Made by a program: the position numbers and the translations under genes
Part shown: positions 41,686 through 51,286 of the stretch, piece by piece
Layout of the letters: every line of letters begins with the position of its first letter
How positions within the stretch are numbered: the first letter of the stretch is position 1
NCBI GenBank assembly: GCA_016778805.1
Contig: JADHOX010000001.1
Span: 6,443 to 70,442 of the forward strand
DNA: 64,000 nucleotides
Origin: Rickettsiales bacterium
GTDB taxonomy: Bacteria; Pseudomonadota; Alphaproteobacteria; Rickettsiales; JABIRX01
Direction of reading: 5' to 3'
The notes under the pieces: model-generated
Told to the model about the DNA's origin: nothing
Database searches by the model: none
What the model saw: the letters and a program-made list of their open reading frames with translations, nothing else

Positions 41686-43062
41686 ATGTCTAATAATGAT
41701 TCAAAAATTTTATTTATAGATTTTACTGACAATCTTAAAGATAAAATCAAATATTACCTTGATGAACACTCAGATAACTTTGAAGAAATCAGAGATATTG
41801 TAAGCTCTGTTCACTATTCAGATATTTCAGCTTTTATAAGCGATTTAAGCTATGATAGGAAAACTATTTTCTTAGCAAAGTTCTATCAATCAATTAATCC
41901 ATTATTTTTAACTAAATTTCCAGATTTAGTTCTTGAAGAAATTGTTGAAATTCTAGGCAGTAACGCAATTGCCAAAATTCTTTCAAATTTAGAAACTAGT
42001 GAAATTCTTGATATCATTGAAGAATTAGATAAGTCATTACAAGATGAAATTCTCGAAATAATTTCTAAAAAAATAAAAGAAGAAGTTGAAATCGGTTTAA
42101 CTTATGATGATGACGCCGCTGGAAGATATATGAACCGAGAATTTCTTTCTGTTAAGAAAGATTGGAAAGTCTCAGATATCAAAACATTTCTTAATAAAAA
42201 CAAACAGCATATTGATGATGATCTCTTTGTACTATTTGTAATTGATAAACTTCATCAACCTATCGGTTTAATTTTAATTAGTGATTTGTTTAAATATGAC
42301 GATGAACAATTTGCTTCTGAAATTATGCATAATAATTTTTACAAAGTGAATGTCGATTGCGATATAGATACATTAATTTCACTATTTAAGAAATATTCAC
42401 TAAAATCTATCGCTGTTACTGATAAATTTAATCATATGATTGGAATCATTAATTTATCTGACATTATTGAACTTATTGATGAAAGTGCCGAAGAAGATAT
42501 CCTGCACCTTGGTGGCGTAACTGACTCAGATATATTTGCTTCAATAAGCAAAACATTTAAACAAAGATTACCTTGGCTGGGAGTAAATTTAGTGACTGCA
42601 ATTCTTGCCTCAATAGTTATTGGTATATTTGATGAATCAATTGAAAAACTTGTAGCTCTTGCAATTTTGATGCCAATCATTGCATCAATGGGCGGCAATG
42701 CTGGAACTCAATCCGTTACAATAGCAGTAAGAGCGCTTGCAACACAAGAGTTAACATCTGAAAATTATTTAAAAATTATTTTTAAGGAAAGCCTGATTGG
42801 ACTAACAAATGGAATAATTTTTGGCATTTTTTGTATGGCCTGCATCTATTATTTTTTTAATAATTTTAATCTTGCTGTTTTATTTGCATTTGCAACTATC
42901 ATTACTTTAACAATTGCAGGATTATCTGGATCTGTTATTCCAATTATTATTCACAAATATAAATCTGATCCAGCAATATCATCTGGAGTTATCCTAACAA
43001 CTATAACTGATGTCGTAGCATTTATGGTATTTTTAGGATTTGCTAAATTTTTTATTTTTTAA
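41686..43062 (+). CDS. mgtE: magnesium transporter MgtE
   Basis: MgtE N-domain, CBS pair and a TM domain with IASMGGNAGTQS. Confidence 0.9.
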   Translation: MSNNDSKILFIDFTDNLKDKIKYYLDEHSDNFEEIRDIVSSVHYSDISAFISDLSYDRKTIFLAKFYQSINPLFLTKFPDLVLEEIVEILGSNAIAKILSNLETSEILDIIEELDKSLQDEILEIISKKIKEEVEIGLTYDDDAAGRYMNREFLSVKKDWKVSDIKTFLNKNKQHIDDDLFVLFVIDKLHQPIGLILISDLFKYDDEQFASEIMHNNFYKVNVDCDIDTLISLFKKYSLKSIAVTDKFNHMIGIINLSDIIELIDESAEEDILHLGGVTDSDIFASISKTFKQRLPWLGVNLVTAILASIVIGIFDESIEKLVALAILMPIIASMGGNAGTQSVTIAVRALATQELTSENYLKIIFKESLIGLTNGIIFGIFCMACIYYFFNNFNLAVLFAFATIITLTIAGLSGSVIPIIIHKYKSDPAISSGVILTTITDVVAFMVFLGFAKFFIF

Positions 43063-43071
43063 ATTACAAGA

Positions 43072-43581
43072 ATGTCTTTAATACCTTTCAGCATCTTTTA
43101 TTTGATCAGCTACTTTTTTGTAATTTTTAGCTATTTACCTTCAATATTAAGCATTTTTAATGGCTTTTTTCCAATCTTCGAAACAGCATTAGCATTTTTT
43201 TTCTTAACCAATAAAGATAAAAAAATTAGCTATAGTTTCCTGTTAATAATTTTCATTCTTATTGACACTATTCAAAATAACATCATTGGAATTACAGCAA
43301 CAATATTCTTCTTATCAATGATTTGTTTTAATACATGCAAACAATTATTTGTTTTTGAAAATTTCAAAGAATTATGGGTTGGCTATGCTTTATTTTGTGT
43401 AATTATTTTTGCATTTAATTTCACTATACAATATTTTCTTGGGGTCGATGCTGTTTTTACTAGTGATATTGTTATTAAACTTCTGCTAACTATTATTTTT
43501 TATCCAATATATTACCTTGTAATTTCAAACCTTTACGACAAAACCATAAAAAAATACTATAATGAGAAATATCTCATATAA
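43072..43581 (+). CDS. mreD: MreD-like rod shape-determining membrane protein
   Basis: 169 aa with 5 predicted TM helices. Immediately upstream of and overlapping mrdA, as in mreBCD-mrdA operons. The call is largely positional. Confidence 0.45.
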   Translation: MSLIPFSIFYLISYFFVIFSYLPSILSIFNGFFPIFETALAFFFLTNKDKKISYSFLLIIFILIDTIQNNIIGITATIFFLSMICFNTCKQLFVFENFKELWVGYALFCVIIFAFNFTIQYFLGVDAVFTSDIVIKLLLTIIFYPIYYLVISNLYDKTIKKYYNEKYLI

Positions 43582-45382
43582 ACAAAAAGTTTTTACGCGC
43601 AGATTATTTATCGTTTTAATTACTAAGGTTACTTTAACTTCAGTGATAATTTTTAGATTAATATATTTACAAATACTAAACTTTACTAAATTTAGAACAA
43701 GATCTGACAGTAACAGGATTAAAAGCTTTGTCACACCTCCATTAAGAGGAGAAATTTTTGATGTTAACAATAAAGTTTTAGCAACAAACACAACATATTA
43801 CCGTATATTATTAAACCAAGATAAAAATACTAAAATTAATGAAATAATTGCCAAAATTGCCCAATTATTAAATATAAAAAAATCAGAAATATTCTACAAT
43901 TCCTCAAAATCAAAACGCAAATCTTCTGATGGTTATGTTCTTATTCATGAGAATTTAACTTGGGAAGAAGTAGCAAAAATTGAAGTTAATATAAAATCAC
44001 TTCCAGGTGTTTATATTGAAAAAGCGCAGAGAAGATTCTATCCATATGACAAATATTCTTCAGCAGTTGTTGGCTATGTAGCAAGTGTTAATGAAAATGA
44101 ACTTAAAAACAGCAAAAACTCACTATTAAGTCATCCAGACTTTAAAATAGGTAAATCCGGAATTGAAAAAAGTTTTGAAAATTATCTTAGGGGAAAAGCT
44201 GGGTTAAAACATCTAGAAGTTGATGCATACGGATATAAAGTTAGAGATTTAAAACTAAATAGTTCAAAAGATGAAATTTCTGGAGAAAATTTAAAACTTA
44301 CCCTTGATATTGAGCTGCAAAAATATGCAATGGAGTTAATTAAAGATAAACAAGCATCTGTTACATTGATTGATATAAAAAATGGTGATATTAAAGTAAT
44401 GGCTTCAACTCCAAGCTTTAATGCCAATGATTTTGTAGTTGGTATAAAAATGCAGCAATGGCGTGACTTAGTTGAAAATTCAGGTAAACCTTTGCAAAAT
44501 AAAGCAATTACAAATGAATATCCTCCTGGTTCAATTTTTAAAATAATAGTTGCTTTAGCTGCTCTTGAGGAAGGCTTTAATCCAAAAAATGAGTTTAATT
44601 GCAAAGGTAAGGTTAAATTAGGAAGACGGCATTATCACTGCTGGAAAGAAGAAGGACATGGTGAACTTAACTTAGAAAATGCGATAAAACATTCATGTAA
44701 TATATATTTTTATCAATTATCAAGAGAAATTGGTATTGAGAAAATTGCCAATATGGCTCAGAAATATGGACTTGGTAAAATCATTGACATACCTTTATCT
44801 GAACAAGAAGCTGGATTTATTCCAAACAAAGAATGGAAAAAGAAGAAATTAAAAGAATCATGGGTTGTAGGCGACACTTTCAATAGCGCTATAGGCCAAG
44901 GATATGTTCAAACTACTAACCTACAATTAGCAACTTTAGCAGCAAAAATAGCAAGTAACAAAGATGTAAAACCCCGTCTAATAATTGATAATACTACTGA
45001 TTTTGATTTTAAACCAATGGAAATTAATCAAGATAATCTTGATATCATTCATCAAGGGATGGATAAAGTTGTTAATGAAAAAAAAGGTACAGCTTACTAT
45101 AGCAGGATCAGAAATAAAAAATATGCTATGGCTGGAAAAACTGGAACTTCTCAAGTTGTTTCTCTGGAACATAATAAAGACAAAGAAATAGAAGAAATAG
45201 AATTTAATCAGAGAAACCACGCTTTATTTATAGGTTATGCACCATTAAAAAACCCTCGTTTTGCAGCGTCAGTTATCGTTGAACATGGGGGATCTGGATC
45301 TGCAGCCGCTGCACCTGTTGCAAGGTTACTTTTATATAAAGCACAAAAACTATTAGAAGAATCTGAAAAAGAAACTAAATAA
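43562..45382 (+). CDS. mrdA: penicillin-binding protein 2 (peptidoglycan D,D-transpeptidase)
   Basis: N-terminal TM anchor. Motifs SxxK (PGSIFK), SxN (HSCN) and KTGT (GKTGTSQ). Confidence 0.9.
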   Translation: MRNISYKQKVFTRRLFIVLITKVTLTSVIIFRLIYLQILNFTKFRTRSDSNRIKSFVTPPLRGEIFDVNNKVLATNTTYYRILLNQDKNTKINEIIAKIAQLLNIKKSEIFYNSSKSKRKSSDGYVLIHENLTWEEVAKIEVNIKSLPGVYIEKAQRRFYPYDKYSSAVVGYVASVNENELKNSKNSLLSHPDFKIGKSGIEKSFENYLRGKAGLKHLEVDAYGYKVRDLKLNSSKDEISGENLKLTLDIELQKYAMELIKDKQASVTLIDIKNGDIKVMASTPSFNANDFVVGIKMQQWRDLVENSGKPLQNKAITNEYPPGSIFKIIVALAALEEGFNPKNEFNCKGKVKLGRRHYHCWKEEGHGELNLENAIKHSCNIYFYQLSREIGIEKIANMAQKYGLGKIIDIPLSEQEAGFIPNKEWKKKKLKESWVVGDTFNSAIGQGYVQTTNLQLATLAAKIASNKDVKPRLIIDNTTDFDFKPMEINQDNLDIIHQGMDKVVNEKKGTAYYSRIRNKKYAMAGKTGTSQVVSLEHNKDKEIEEIEFNQRNHALFIGYAPLKNPRFAASVIVEHGGSGSAAAAPVARLLLYKAQKLLEESEKETK

Positions 45383-45854
45383 AACTTGAAACTGTTCTTG
45401 GAGTATAAGTTACTGATAGCATTTGATAATCAACATAGTAAACTTCATTTGCACTTAACCTTTCATCAACTAAACCTGAAAGATGTATATTATTATCACC
45501 ATTTTCACATGATGAAAAAGTAACATTTAATTTTACGCCAGTATCTTGCCCATTTAAATTTATGACAGAAACTGGAATAACCTCTCCAATCTGATAATAC
45601 ACTCCTGAAGATGATAGAGCACATTCAAGATCACGATTAGCAGAATTTACTTTATAATTCATAACCTCATTTATAACTTCACCCTGATTTAAGTTATTTA
45701 ATAATAATCTACCATCATTTTCAAAAACAATATTTATAGCTTCAGCAGATCTTACTGTAATATTAAAGGAATCTTTTCCTTCTGTTGCGTAAGAATAAGA
45801 AGTTAATGCAATAGATAATAAAATAGTGTTTAGAAATAGATTTTTCATAGTCAT
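45375..45854 (-). CDS. small secreted beta-rich hypothetical protein
   Basis: ATG at 45854 or 45848 gives the signal peptide MTMKNLFLNTILLSIALTSYSYA. The mature part of about 135 aa has two Cys. No family recognised. Confidence 0.55.
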   Translation of the reverse strand: MTMKNLFLNTILLSIALTSYSYATEGKDSFNITVRSAEAINIVFENDGRLLLNNLNQGEVINEVMNYKVNSANRDLECALSSSGVYYQIGEVIPVSVINLNGQDTGVKLNVTFSSCENGDNNIHLSGLVDERLSANEVYYVDYQMLSVTYTPRTVSSFI

Positions 45855-45949
45855 TAAAAAAAAGGTTTCGAAGATTATATCACATTTTTGGGCGACAAAC
45901 AAGCAATAACTATAGAAAAAAGTAATTTATTATAACAAAATGAGAAAAA

Positions 45950-46024
45950 TGGTGACCCCTACGGGATTTGAACCCGTGTTGCAAGCGTGAAAGGCTTGTG
46001 TCCTAACCACTAGACGAAGGGGCC
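45950..46024 (-). tRNA. tRNA-Glu(UUC)
   Basis: Manual cloverleaf. GGCCCCT acceptor, D-arm GTCT/GGAC, anticodon stem CAAGC/GCTTG with loop CTTTCAC, T-loop TTCAAAT, encoded CCA. Confidence 0.9.
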
Positions 46025-46100
46025 AGTATGGACTTTTATGAGCAATAATTATAATTTATATCTAGTTTACTTTCAAGTAGTTTATAAATTAAAATTAATA

Positions 46101-46808
46101 TTATTTAATTGAGGCTAAAATATTCTTACATGTTTCAATAGGATTTTCAGCTTTTGTTATTGGCCTACCTATCACTAGAAAATCAGAACCTTTACTTATT
46201 GCCATTTTAGGGCTCATAACCCTCTTTTGATCTTTTTTAAGAGCAAAATCATTTCCATCAGACAAACGAATTCCTGGTGTAACATATTTTATATTAGGAA
46301 ATTTTATTTTTAATGATTCAACTTCAAGCGCAGAGCAAACAACTGCATCTAACCTACATTTATCAGCAATATTAACCAAATTATGAACTTGATCATATGA
46401 AGAAAAGCGAGAACCAATTTCTATCAAATCATCATCATCTAATGAAGTAAGTACAGAAACTCCTAATAACTTTACATTTTTATTACCAGCATCTCTTGCT
46501 TCAATAGCGGCATTTATCATAGATGCCCCTCCTGATAAATGAATAGTTAACATATCAATATTTAACTTACAAAGCTGAGTCACTGATTTAGCTACGGTAT
46601 TTGGAATATCATGTAGCTTTAAATCTAAAAAAATTGGTAAACCAAGATCAGTAAATTTCTCAACACCTTTTGGACCAAATTTTGAAAAAAACTCTAAACC
46701 CAACTTAAAACTATGAGCGTAATCTTTAAGAGATTCGGAAAGGCTTAATAACTTATCTAAGTCAATATCATCTAAAGCTACAATAATTGGAGATTTAAAA
46801 CTTTGCAT
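46101..46808 (-). CDS. pyrF: orotidine-5'-phosphate decarboxylase
   Basis: IVALD, FLDLKLHDIPNT and VIGRPI motifs; 235 aa. Confidence 0.9.
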   Translation of the reverse strand: MQSFKSPIIVALDDIDLDKLLSLSESLKDYAHSFKLGLEFFSKFGPKGVEKFTDLGLPIFLDLKLHDIPNTVAKSVTQLCKLNIDMLTIHLSGGASMINAAIEARDAGNKNVKLLGVSVLTSLDDDDLIEIGSRFSSYDQVHNLVNIADKCRLDAVVCSALEVESLKIKFPNIKYVTPGIRLSDGNDFALKKDQKRVMSPKMAISKGSDFLVIGRPITKAENPIETCKNILASIK

Positions 46809-46825
46809 AATCTATAAGAGAAAAA

Positions 46826-46899
46826 TGGAGGCCGGAGGCAGAATCGAACTGCCGATGGAGGATTTGCAGTCCCCTGCATTACCACTTTGCTACCCGGCC
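46826..46899 (-). tRNA. tRNA-Cys(GCA)
   Basis: Manual cloverleaf. GGCCGGG/TCCGGCC acceptor, anticodon loop CTGCAAA, T-arm GGCAG-TTCGATT-CTGCC, U73 discriminator, encoded CCA. Confidence 0.9.
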
Positions 46900-46909
46900 C
46901 AGATGAGTG

Positions 46910-46938
46910 TTAATATTGGGTAAATGACTGCCAGTCAA
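46910..46938 (-). promoter_or_regulatory. sigma70-type promoter candidate for the tRNA-Cys / pyrF / tRNA-Glu unit
   Basis: On the minus strand, TTGACT - 17 nt - TATTAA, with the -10 ending 10 nt before the tRNA-Cys 5' end. Confidence 0.45.
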
Positions 46939-46968
46939 GTTATAATTTTCCAATAATAAAATCAAATG

Positions 46969-47403
46969 CTAAATTTCTTCACCATAATATTCTACAATAT
47001 TATTACTGGTTTCTCTCAAAACCAAACGATATAATAACTGCTCTTCAAATTCTTTTTCAAGTAATTTCCAAATAACAACTATTAAATTTTCAGCTGTAGG
47101 ATTTAAATCTTTAAAATGCTCAACATCCTCATTTAGATTTTTATGATCCATTATATCAACAACAGAACGGTTTATAACATTTTTAAGTGATGTTAAATTA
47201 ATTATCATACCAGTTTTTTTAGAAATAGGACCTTTTAAAGTAACTTCTAATATGTAGTTGTGACCATGACCATTTGGATTATAGCATTTATCATATAATT
47301 CAAGATTCTCCTCCTCAGATAAATCATGATTAACTAGTCTATGAGCACTAGAAAATTCAATTTTTTTGGTAATTAGAACAACTGGTTGTTTTGTAAATTT
47401 CAT
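46969..47403 (-). CDS. 6-pyruvoyl-tetrahydropterin synthase, eukaryote-like PTPS type (QueD superfamily)
   Basis: FSSAHRL...[23 protein letters not shown] and the C-terminal [12 protein letters not shown] closely parallel mammalian PTPS blocks ([33 protein letters not shown]) as I recall them. Confidence 0.85.
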   Translation of the reverse strand: [144 protein letters not shown]

Positions 47404-48089
47404 AAATTAGTATTAATTGGAATAATTGAACCATTAATATAGCCAGATTTTTCAGCATCAGTTAAAAAATCAATAATCTTAGCAACATCACTTGCCTGTG
47501 TTTTTGACTTTAAACCAGGTGCAGCCTTTTCTAACATATCTGTATTAACCGCACCAGGTGCGATTGCGTTAATTCTAATAGATTTTTCTTTAGCTTCAAC
47601 AGATAAAATCTCAGTAAGTCCAGTCAAAGCAAATTTAGAAGCTGAATAAGCACTAAATCCAGGAAACTTTTCAAAACCTTGTATTCCTCCTAATGAGGAA
47701 ATATTAACAATTGAACCACCTTTTGACATATATTTAAAAGCTTGCTTAATGCAATAAAGCGGGCCTTTAAAATTAATATCAAAGACTTTTTCAAACTCAC
47801 TAATTTTCATAGTTTCGAAAGGTTCATTTGCTATAATAGCTGCTGAATTAACTAAAATATCAATTTGACCATATTTGGCTTTAATATCCTTAAAAATCTT
47901 TTCAACATTTGCATTTTCTGATATATCACATTTAAAAGCTTCAACATTACCTGATAATAATTCCAAAGCGTTACTTAGATTATTTTCATCTCTTGAACAT
48001 ATAATAACTTGATAACCTTTTGAAACAAATAACTCAGCAACTGCAAGACCTATTCCTTTTGAACCACCAGTAATCAATGCAACAGTCAT
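47400..48089 (-). CDS. short-chain dehydrogenase/reductase, possible sepiapterin-reductase-like partner of PTPS
   Basis: ITGGSKGIGLA, NSAA and YSASKFA SDR motifs. ATGA overlap with the downstream PTPS gene. Confidence 0.8.
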   Translation of the reverse strand: MTVALITGGSKGIGLAVAELFVSKGYQVIICSRDENNLSNALELLSGNVEAFKCDISENANVEKIFKDIKAKYGQIDILVNSAAIIANEPFETMKISEFEKVFDINFKGPLYCIKQAFKYMSKGGSIVNISSLGGIQGFEKFPGFSAYSASKFALTGLTEILSVEAKEKSIRINAIAPGAVNTDMLEKAAPGLKSKTQASDVAKIIDFLTDAEKSGYINGSIIPINTNL

Positions 48090-48097
48090 TTTAATAC

Positions 48098-49264
48098 CTA
48101 TTTCAATGAAAATAAAACAACATCATCTCCATAAGTGTCTCTTAGAAGACTTTCATTAGTATCTTTAAATAAATAATAATTATGGGTATCAGAATAAAAA
48201 GGCTCTAACCCAAGTGCGTCTTCAATAAAAGATGGTGTTTTTAAAATAATATGACCAGTATATTCTAGATTTCGATATTCATTAATTTTTTGATAATCAT
48301 TACATTTAGGTGAATTTTGATTTGCTATACATGCCTGAATATCACTAAGAACAGCATGAGCAGTTTGAATCCCTCCTGCACCATGAGAAACAAGTGACAT
48401 ATCTGTAGCCATATCAGTTTTGAAATTTACAGCATTCATAGCATAATCAATACTATAAAGAAAATTTGATTGCCTACAAAAAACCGGAGAAACTCTTGAG
48501 TTAAGAATATCTTCATAAACTAATGATTGTGCAACCAACTTAATTTTCGCATCAATCTTTTCTGCTGCTCTAATATCTTCTAAAGTAATTTTATCAATTC
48601 CTTCAATTTTAACATCCTTAGCATCAAACCCAACATTATATATCAAACTATTCATGATTGCTAATTTTTGACCCGCATCAATACCACAAATATCAAAGGT
48701 TGGATCACTTTCGGCTAAACCTAATTCTTGCGCCTTAGAGATAACAGAATCAAGATCCTTTTTCTCATTATGCATTACAGTTAAAATATAATTTGCTGTA
48801 CCATTTAGAATACCTTGATAACCGTTAATTTCATTATAATTAAGATTAGTCGAAATTATTTGAATAATTGGAACAGCACCACCAACAGCAGCCTCAAAAA
48901 ATAATTTAGTATTTTTGGTTTGAGCAAGCTCTAGCAAATCAGCACCTTTTTTTGCTAACAAAGCTTTATTTGCTGTAATTAAAGTTCTTGATTCAGTTAA
49001 TGATTTAACTGCTATATCATCAGCAATTCCAGAATCACCACCTATAAGCTCACAAACAATATCTGGTTGTTCCTTATCAATCATATCAAGAGCATTTTCA
49101 TACCATCTAAAAGGCAAATCCTTTTTTGTTCTTGAACTTATTCCAACAATTTCAATATTAACATCAAATCTGTTAGCAAAATAAGCTTTTTTATTTTTAA
49201 TACTTTCAATAACATTCGCGCCAACAACTCCCGTTCCGGCTACAGCAAGTTTAATATGTTTCAT
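48098..49264 (-). CDS. hom: homoserine dehydrogenase
   Basis: N-terminal Rossmann fold KLAVAGTGVVGANV, plus ANKALLA, ILNGTANYIL and ESDPTFDI(C)G blocks. Confidence 0.85.
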   Translation of the reverse strand: MKHIKLAVAGTGVVGANVIESIKNKKAYFANRFDVNIEIVGISSRTKKDLPFRWYENALDMIDKEQPDIVCELIGGDSGIADDIAVKSLTESRTLITANKALLAKKGADLLELAQTKNTKLFFEAAVGGAVPIIQIISTNLNYNEINGYQGILNGTANYILTVMHNEKKDLDSVISKAQELGLAESDPTFDICGIDAGQKLAIMNSLIYNVGFDAKDVKIEGIDKITLEDIRAAEKIDAKIKLVAQSLVYEDILNSRVSPVFCRQSNFLYSIDYAMNAVNFKTDMATDMSLVSHGAGGIQTAHAVLSDIQACIANQNSPKCNDYQKINEYRNLEYTGHIILKTPSFIEDALGLEPFYSDTHNYYLFKDTNESLLRDTYGDDVVLFSLK

Positions 49265-49268
49265 GATT

Positions 49269-50441
49269 TTATTTTAATAATTGTTTGATATTTTTTGTTG
49301 CTTGTCTTATGCGATTAACATTTTCAACCAACGATATTCTCACATATTTATCGCCCTCATCTCCAAAACCAATTCCTGGAGATACAACAACATTAGCTTT
49401 TTCAAGTAAAAGTTTTGAAAAAGCTAGCGACCCAAGATCAGAAAATTGTTCAGGAATTTTTGCCCAAATAAACATTGAAGCATCAGGTATAGGAACATTC
49501 CAACCAGCCTGACTTAAGCCCTGAACTAGAACATCACGTCTCTCCTTATATTTTAATCTATTTTCATCAATATAATCATCACAATCTCTTATTGCATATG
49601 TTGCAGCAATCTGAATTGGAGTAAAAATACCATAATCAAGATAAGATTTCATTTTAGTCATTGCTGCAATAATATTTTTATTTCCTGCAGCAAAACCAAC
49701 TCTCCATCCAGCCATAGAATATGTTTTTGATAAAGAAGTAAACTCAACTGCTACATTCTTTGCATTTTTAACCTCAAGAATTGATGGTGGTTTATTATCA
49801 TCAAAATAAATTTCAGAATATGCGAGATCAGAAACAACATATATTTGATAAAATTTACAGATATCTACTAATTCTTGATAAAAAGCTAAATCAACAGTTT
49901 CAGCAGTTGGATTACAAGGATAATTTACGATTGTTGCAATTGGTTTAATTGCAGCATTATCTAGAAATTTTTTTAAATTTTCTAAATGATTATCTTCAGG
50001 TAAATTTTTTATAGTTTTAATCTTACCACCAGCAATAACACTACCCCAAACATGAATTGGATATGCAGGTGAAGGAACCAGAAAATAGTCATCAGGTCCT
50101 ACAATTGCTAAGGATAAAGATGAGATACCTTCCTTAGAACCAATAGTTGCAATTATTTCTGATTCAGGGTCAATATCAACATTAAATCGTCTTTTATAAT
50201 ATTCCGATTGAGCTTTTCTAAGACCTTTTATTCCCTTAGATACAGAATAACCGTGAACTTTTTGTTTTTTTGATGTCTCACTTAATTTTTTAATTACATG
50301 CTCAGGAGGATTACCATCAGGGTTTCCCATACCTAAATCAATAACATCAAAACCTTTTACTCTAGCTCTATGCCTCAACCGATTTATCTCAGCAAAAACA
50401 TAACTAGGTAAATTTTCTAATCTGTGAAATGTTGTTTGCAT
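49269..50441 (-). CDS. class I/II PLP-dependent aminotransferase (AlaA/aspartate aminotransferase-like)
   Basis: PLP-Lys block SLSKTYSMAGWRVGF and the NPTA, LGMGNPD motifs. Upstream of hom, as in many alphaproteobacteria. Confidence 0.85.
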   Translation of the reverse strand: MQTTFHRLENLPSYVFAEINRLRHRARVKGFDVIDLGMGNPDGNPPEHVIKKLSETSKKQKVHGYSVSKGIKGLRKAQSEYYKRRFNVDIDPESEIIATIGSKEGISSLSLAIVGPDDYFLVPSPAYPIHVWGSVIAGGKIKTIKNLPEDNHLENLKKFLDNAAIKPIATIVNYPCNPTAETVDLAFYQELVDICKFYQIYVVSDLAYSEIYFDDNKPPSILEVKNAKNVAVEFTSLSKTYSMAGWRVGFAAGNKNIIAAMTKMKSYLDYGIFTPIQIAATYAIRDCDDYIDENRLKYKERRDVLVQGLSQAGWNVPIPDASMFIWAKIPEQFSDLGSLAFSKLLLEKANVVVSPGIGFGDEGDKYVRISLVENVNRIRQATKNIKQLLK

Positions 50442-50454
50442 TAGAACTTATTAT

Positions 50455-51282
50455 TTAATATTTCGGTATATTTTCAAGACCAAAACCATTAGAAATGGGG
50501 TCATTTTCAATCATTTCTTCTAATAAAGAACCTTGTATACTGTCAACAAAATCTTGTGTTTTACGTGATCGTTTATTTTCATACATTGGCCTATATTTTT
50601 CAAAATCATTATTAGGTTCAAAAACATCTGGATCAATAAGTTCAAATCTAGACCTATCATTTTCTGTAAATATATTTGAATCAATCACTTGGTATTTATT
50701 AGTTTTGGTTAACCCTCTATAGCGATCAGATTGTTCTTGCTTTCTGATATTATTAGATTTTTCCTTAAAAGAATAACTTTTAGTAGCATAAGGATTTTGC
50801 TGAGGGACATTATTAGTGCTGGCTTCTTTATTATTTTGCTTCAAGAACATTTGATTTTTCCCACTTATATAACCGCTATATGGAGAAGTTCCCTTAGTTT
50901 TTGCCGTTGTTTCTTTTTGCTGATTTAAATTTTGCGAATTATTACCATAAGGTGTTGCACCATAAGGGTTGGCATATGGATTATTATATTGATTAGATTT
51001 GGTATTCTGATTTTGCGTTGAATATGGATTATAACCATATGGGTTATTATTCGATTGGTTCATGTTTTGCGAAGAATTTGCTTGTTGAGGAACATTTGGT
51101 TGTTTACCATAATTAATCTGAGATCCCATTGCTGGACTATCAATATATGCTGGTATCGACGGAAAATCAGATCCAGGAGCACCAGACATAAAATTTTTTT
51201 CACTATTATAATCAAAATTATATGTTGGAGGGGCGCAATTAGCTAATATCAAACCACATAATAACAATCTCACAATTTTCAT
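50455..51282 (-). CDS. N/Q/P/Y-rich low-complexity lipoprotein
   Basis: ATG at 51282 gives MKIVRLLLCGLILANC (lipobox LANC). The mature protein is dominated by NPY/NQ repeats (NPYGYNPYS, NNPYANPYGATPYG). Confidence 0.6.
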   Translation of the reverse strand: MKIVRLLLCGLILANCAPPTYNFDYNSEKNFMSGAPGSDFPSIPAYIDSPAMGSQINYGKQPNVPQQANSSQNMNQSNNNPYGYNPYSTQNQNTKSNQYNNPYANPYGATPYGNNSQNLNQQKETTAKTKGTSPYSGYISGKNQMFLKQNNKEASTNNVPQQNPYATKSYSFKEKSNNIRKQEQSDRYRGLTKTNKYQVIDSNIFTENDRSRFELIDPDVFEPNNDFEKYRPMYENKRSRKTQDFVDSIQGSLLEEMIENDPISNGFGLENIPKY

Positions 51283-51286
51283 AACT

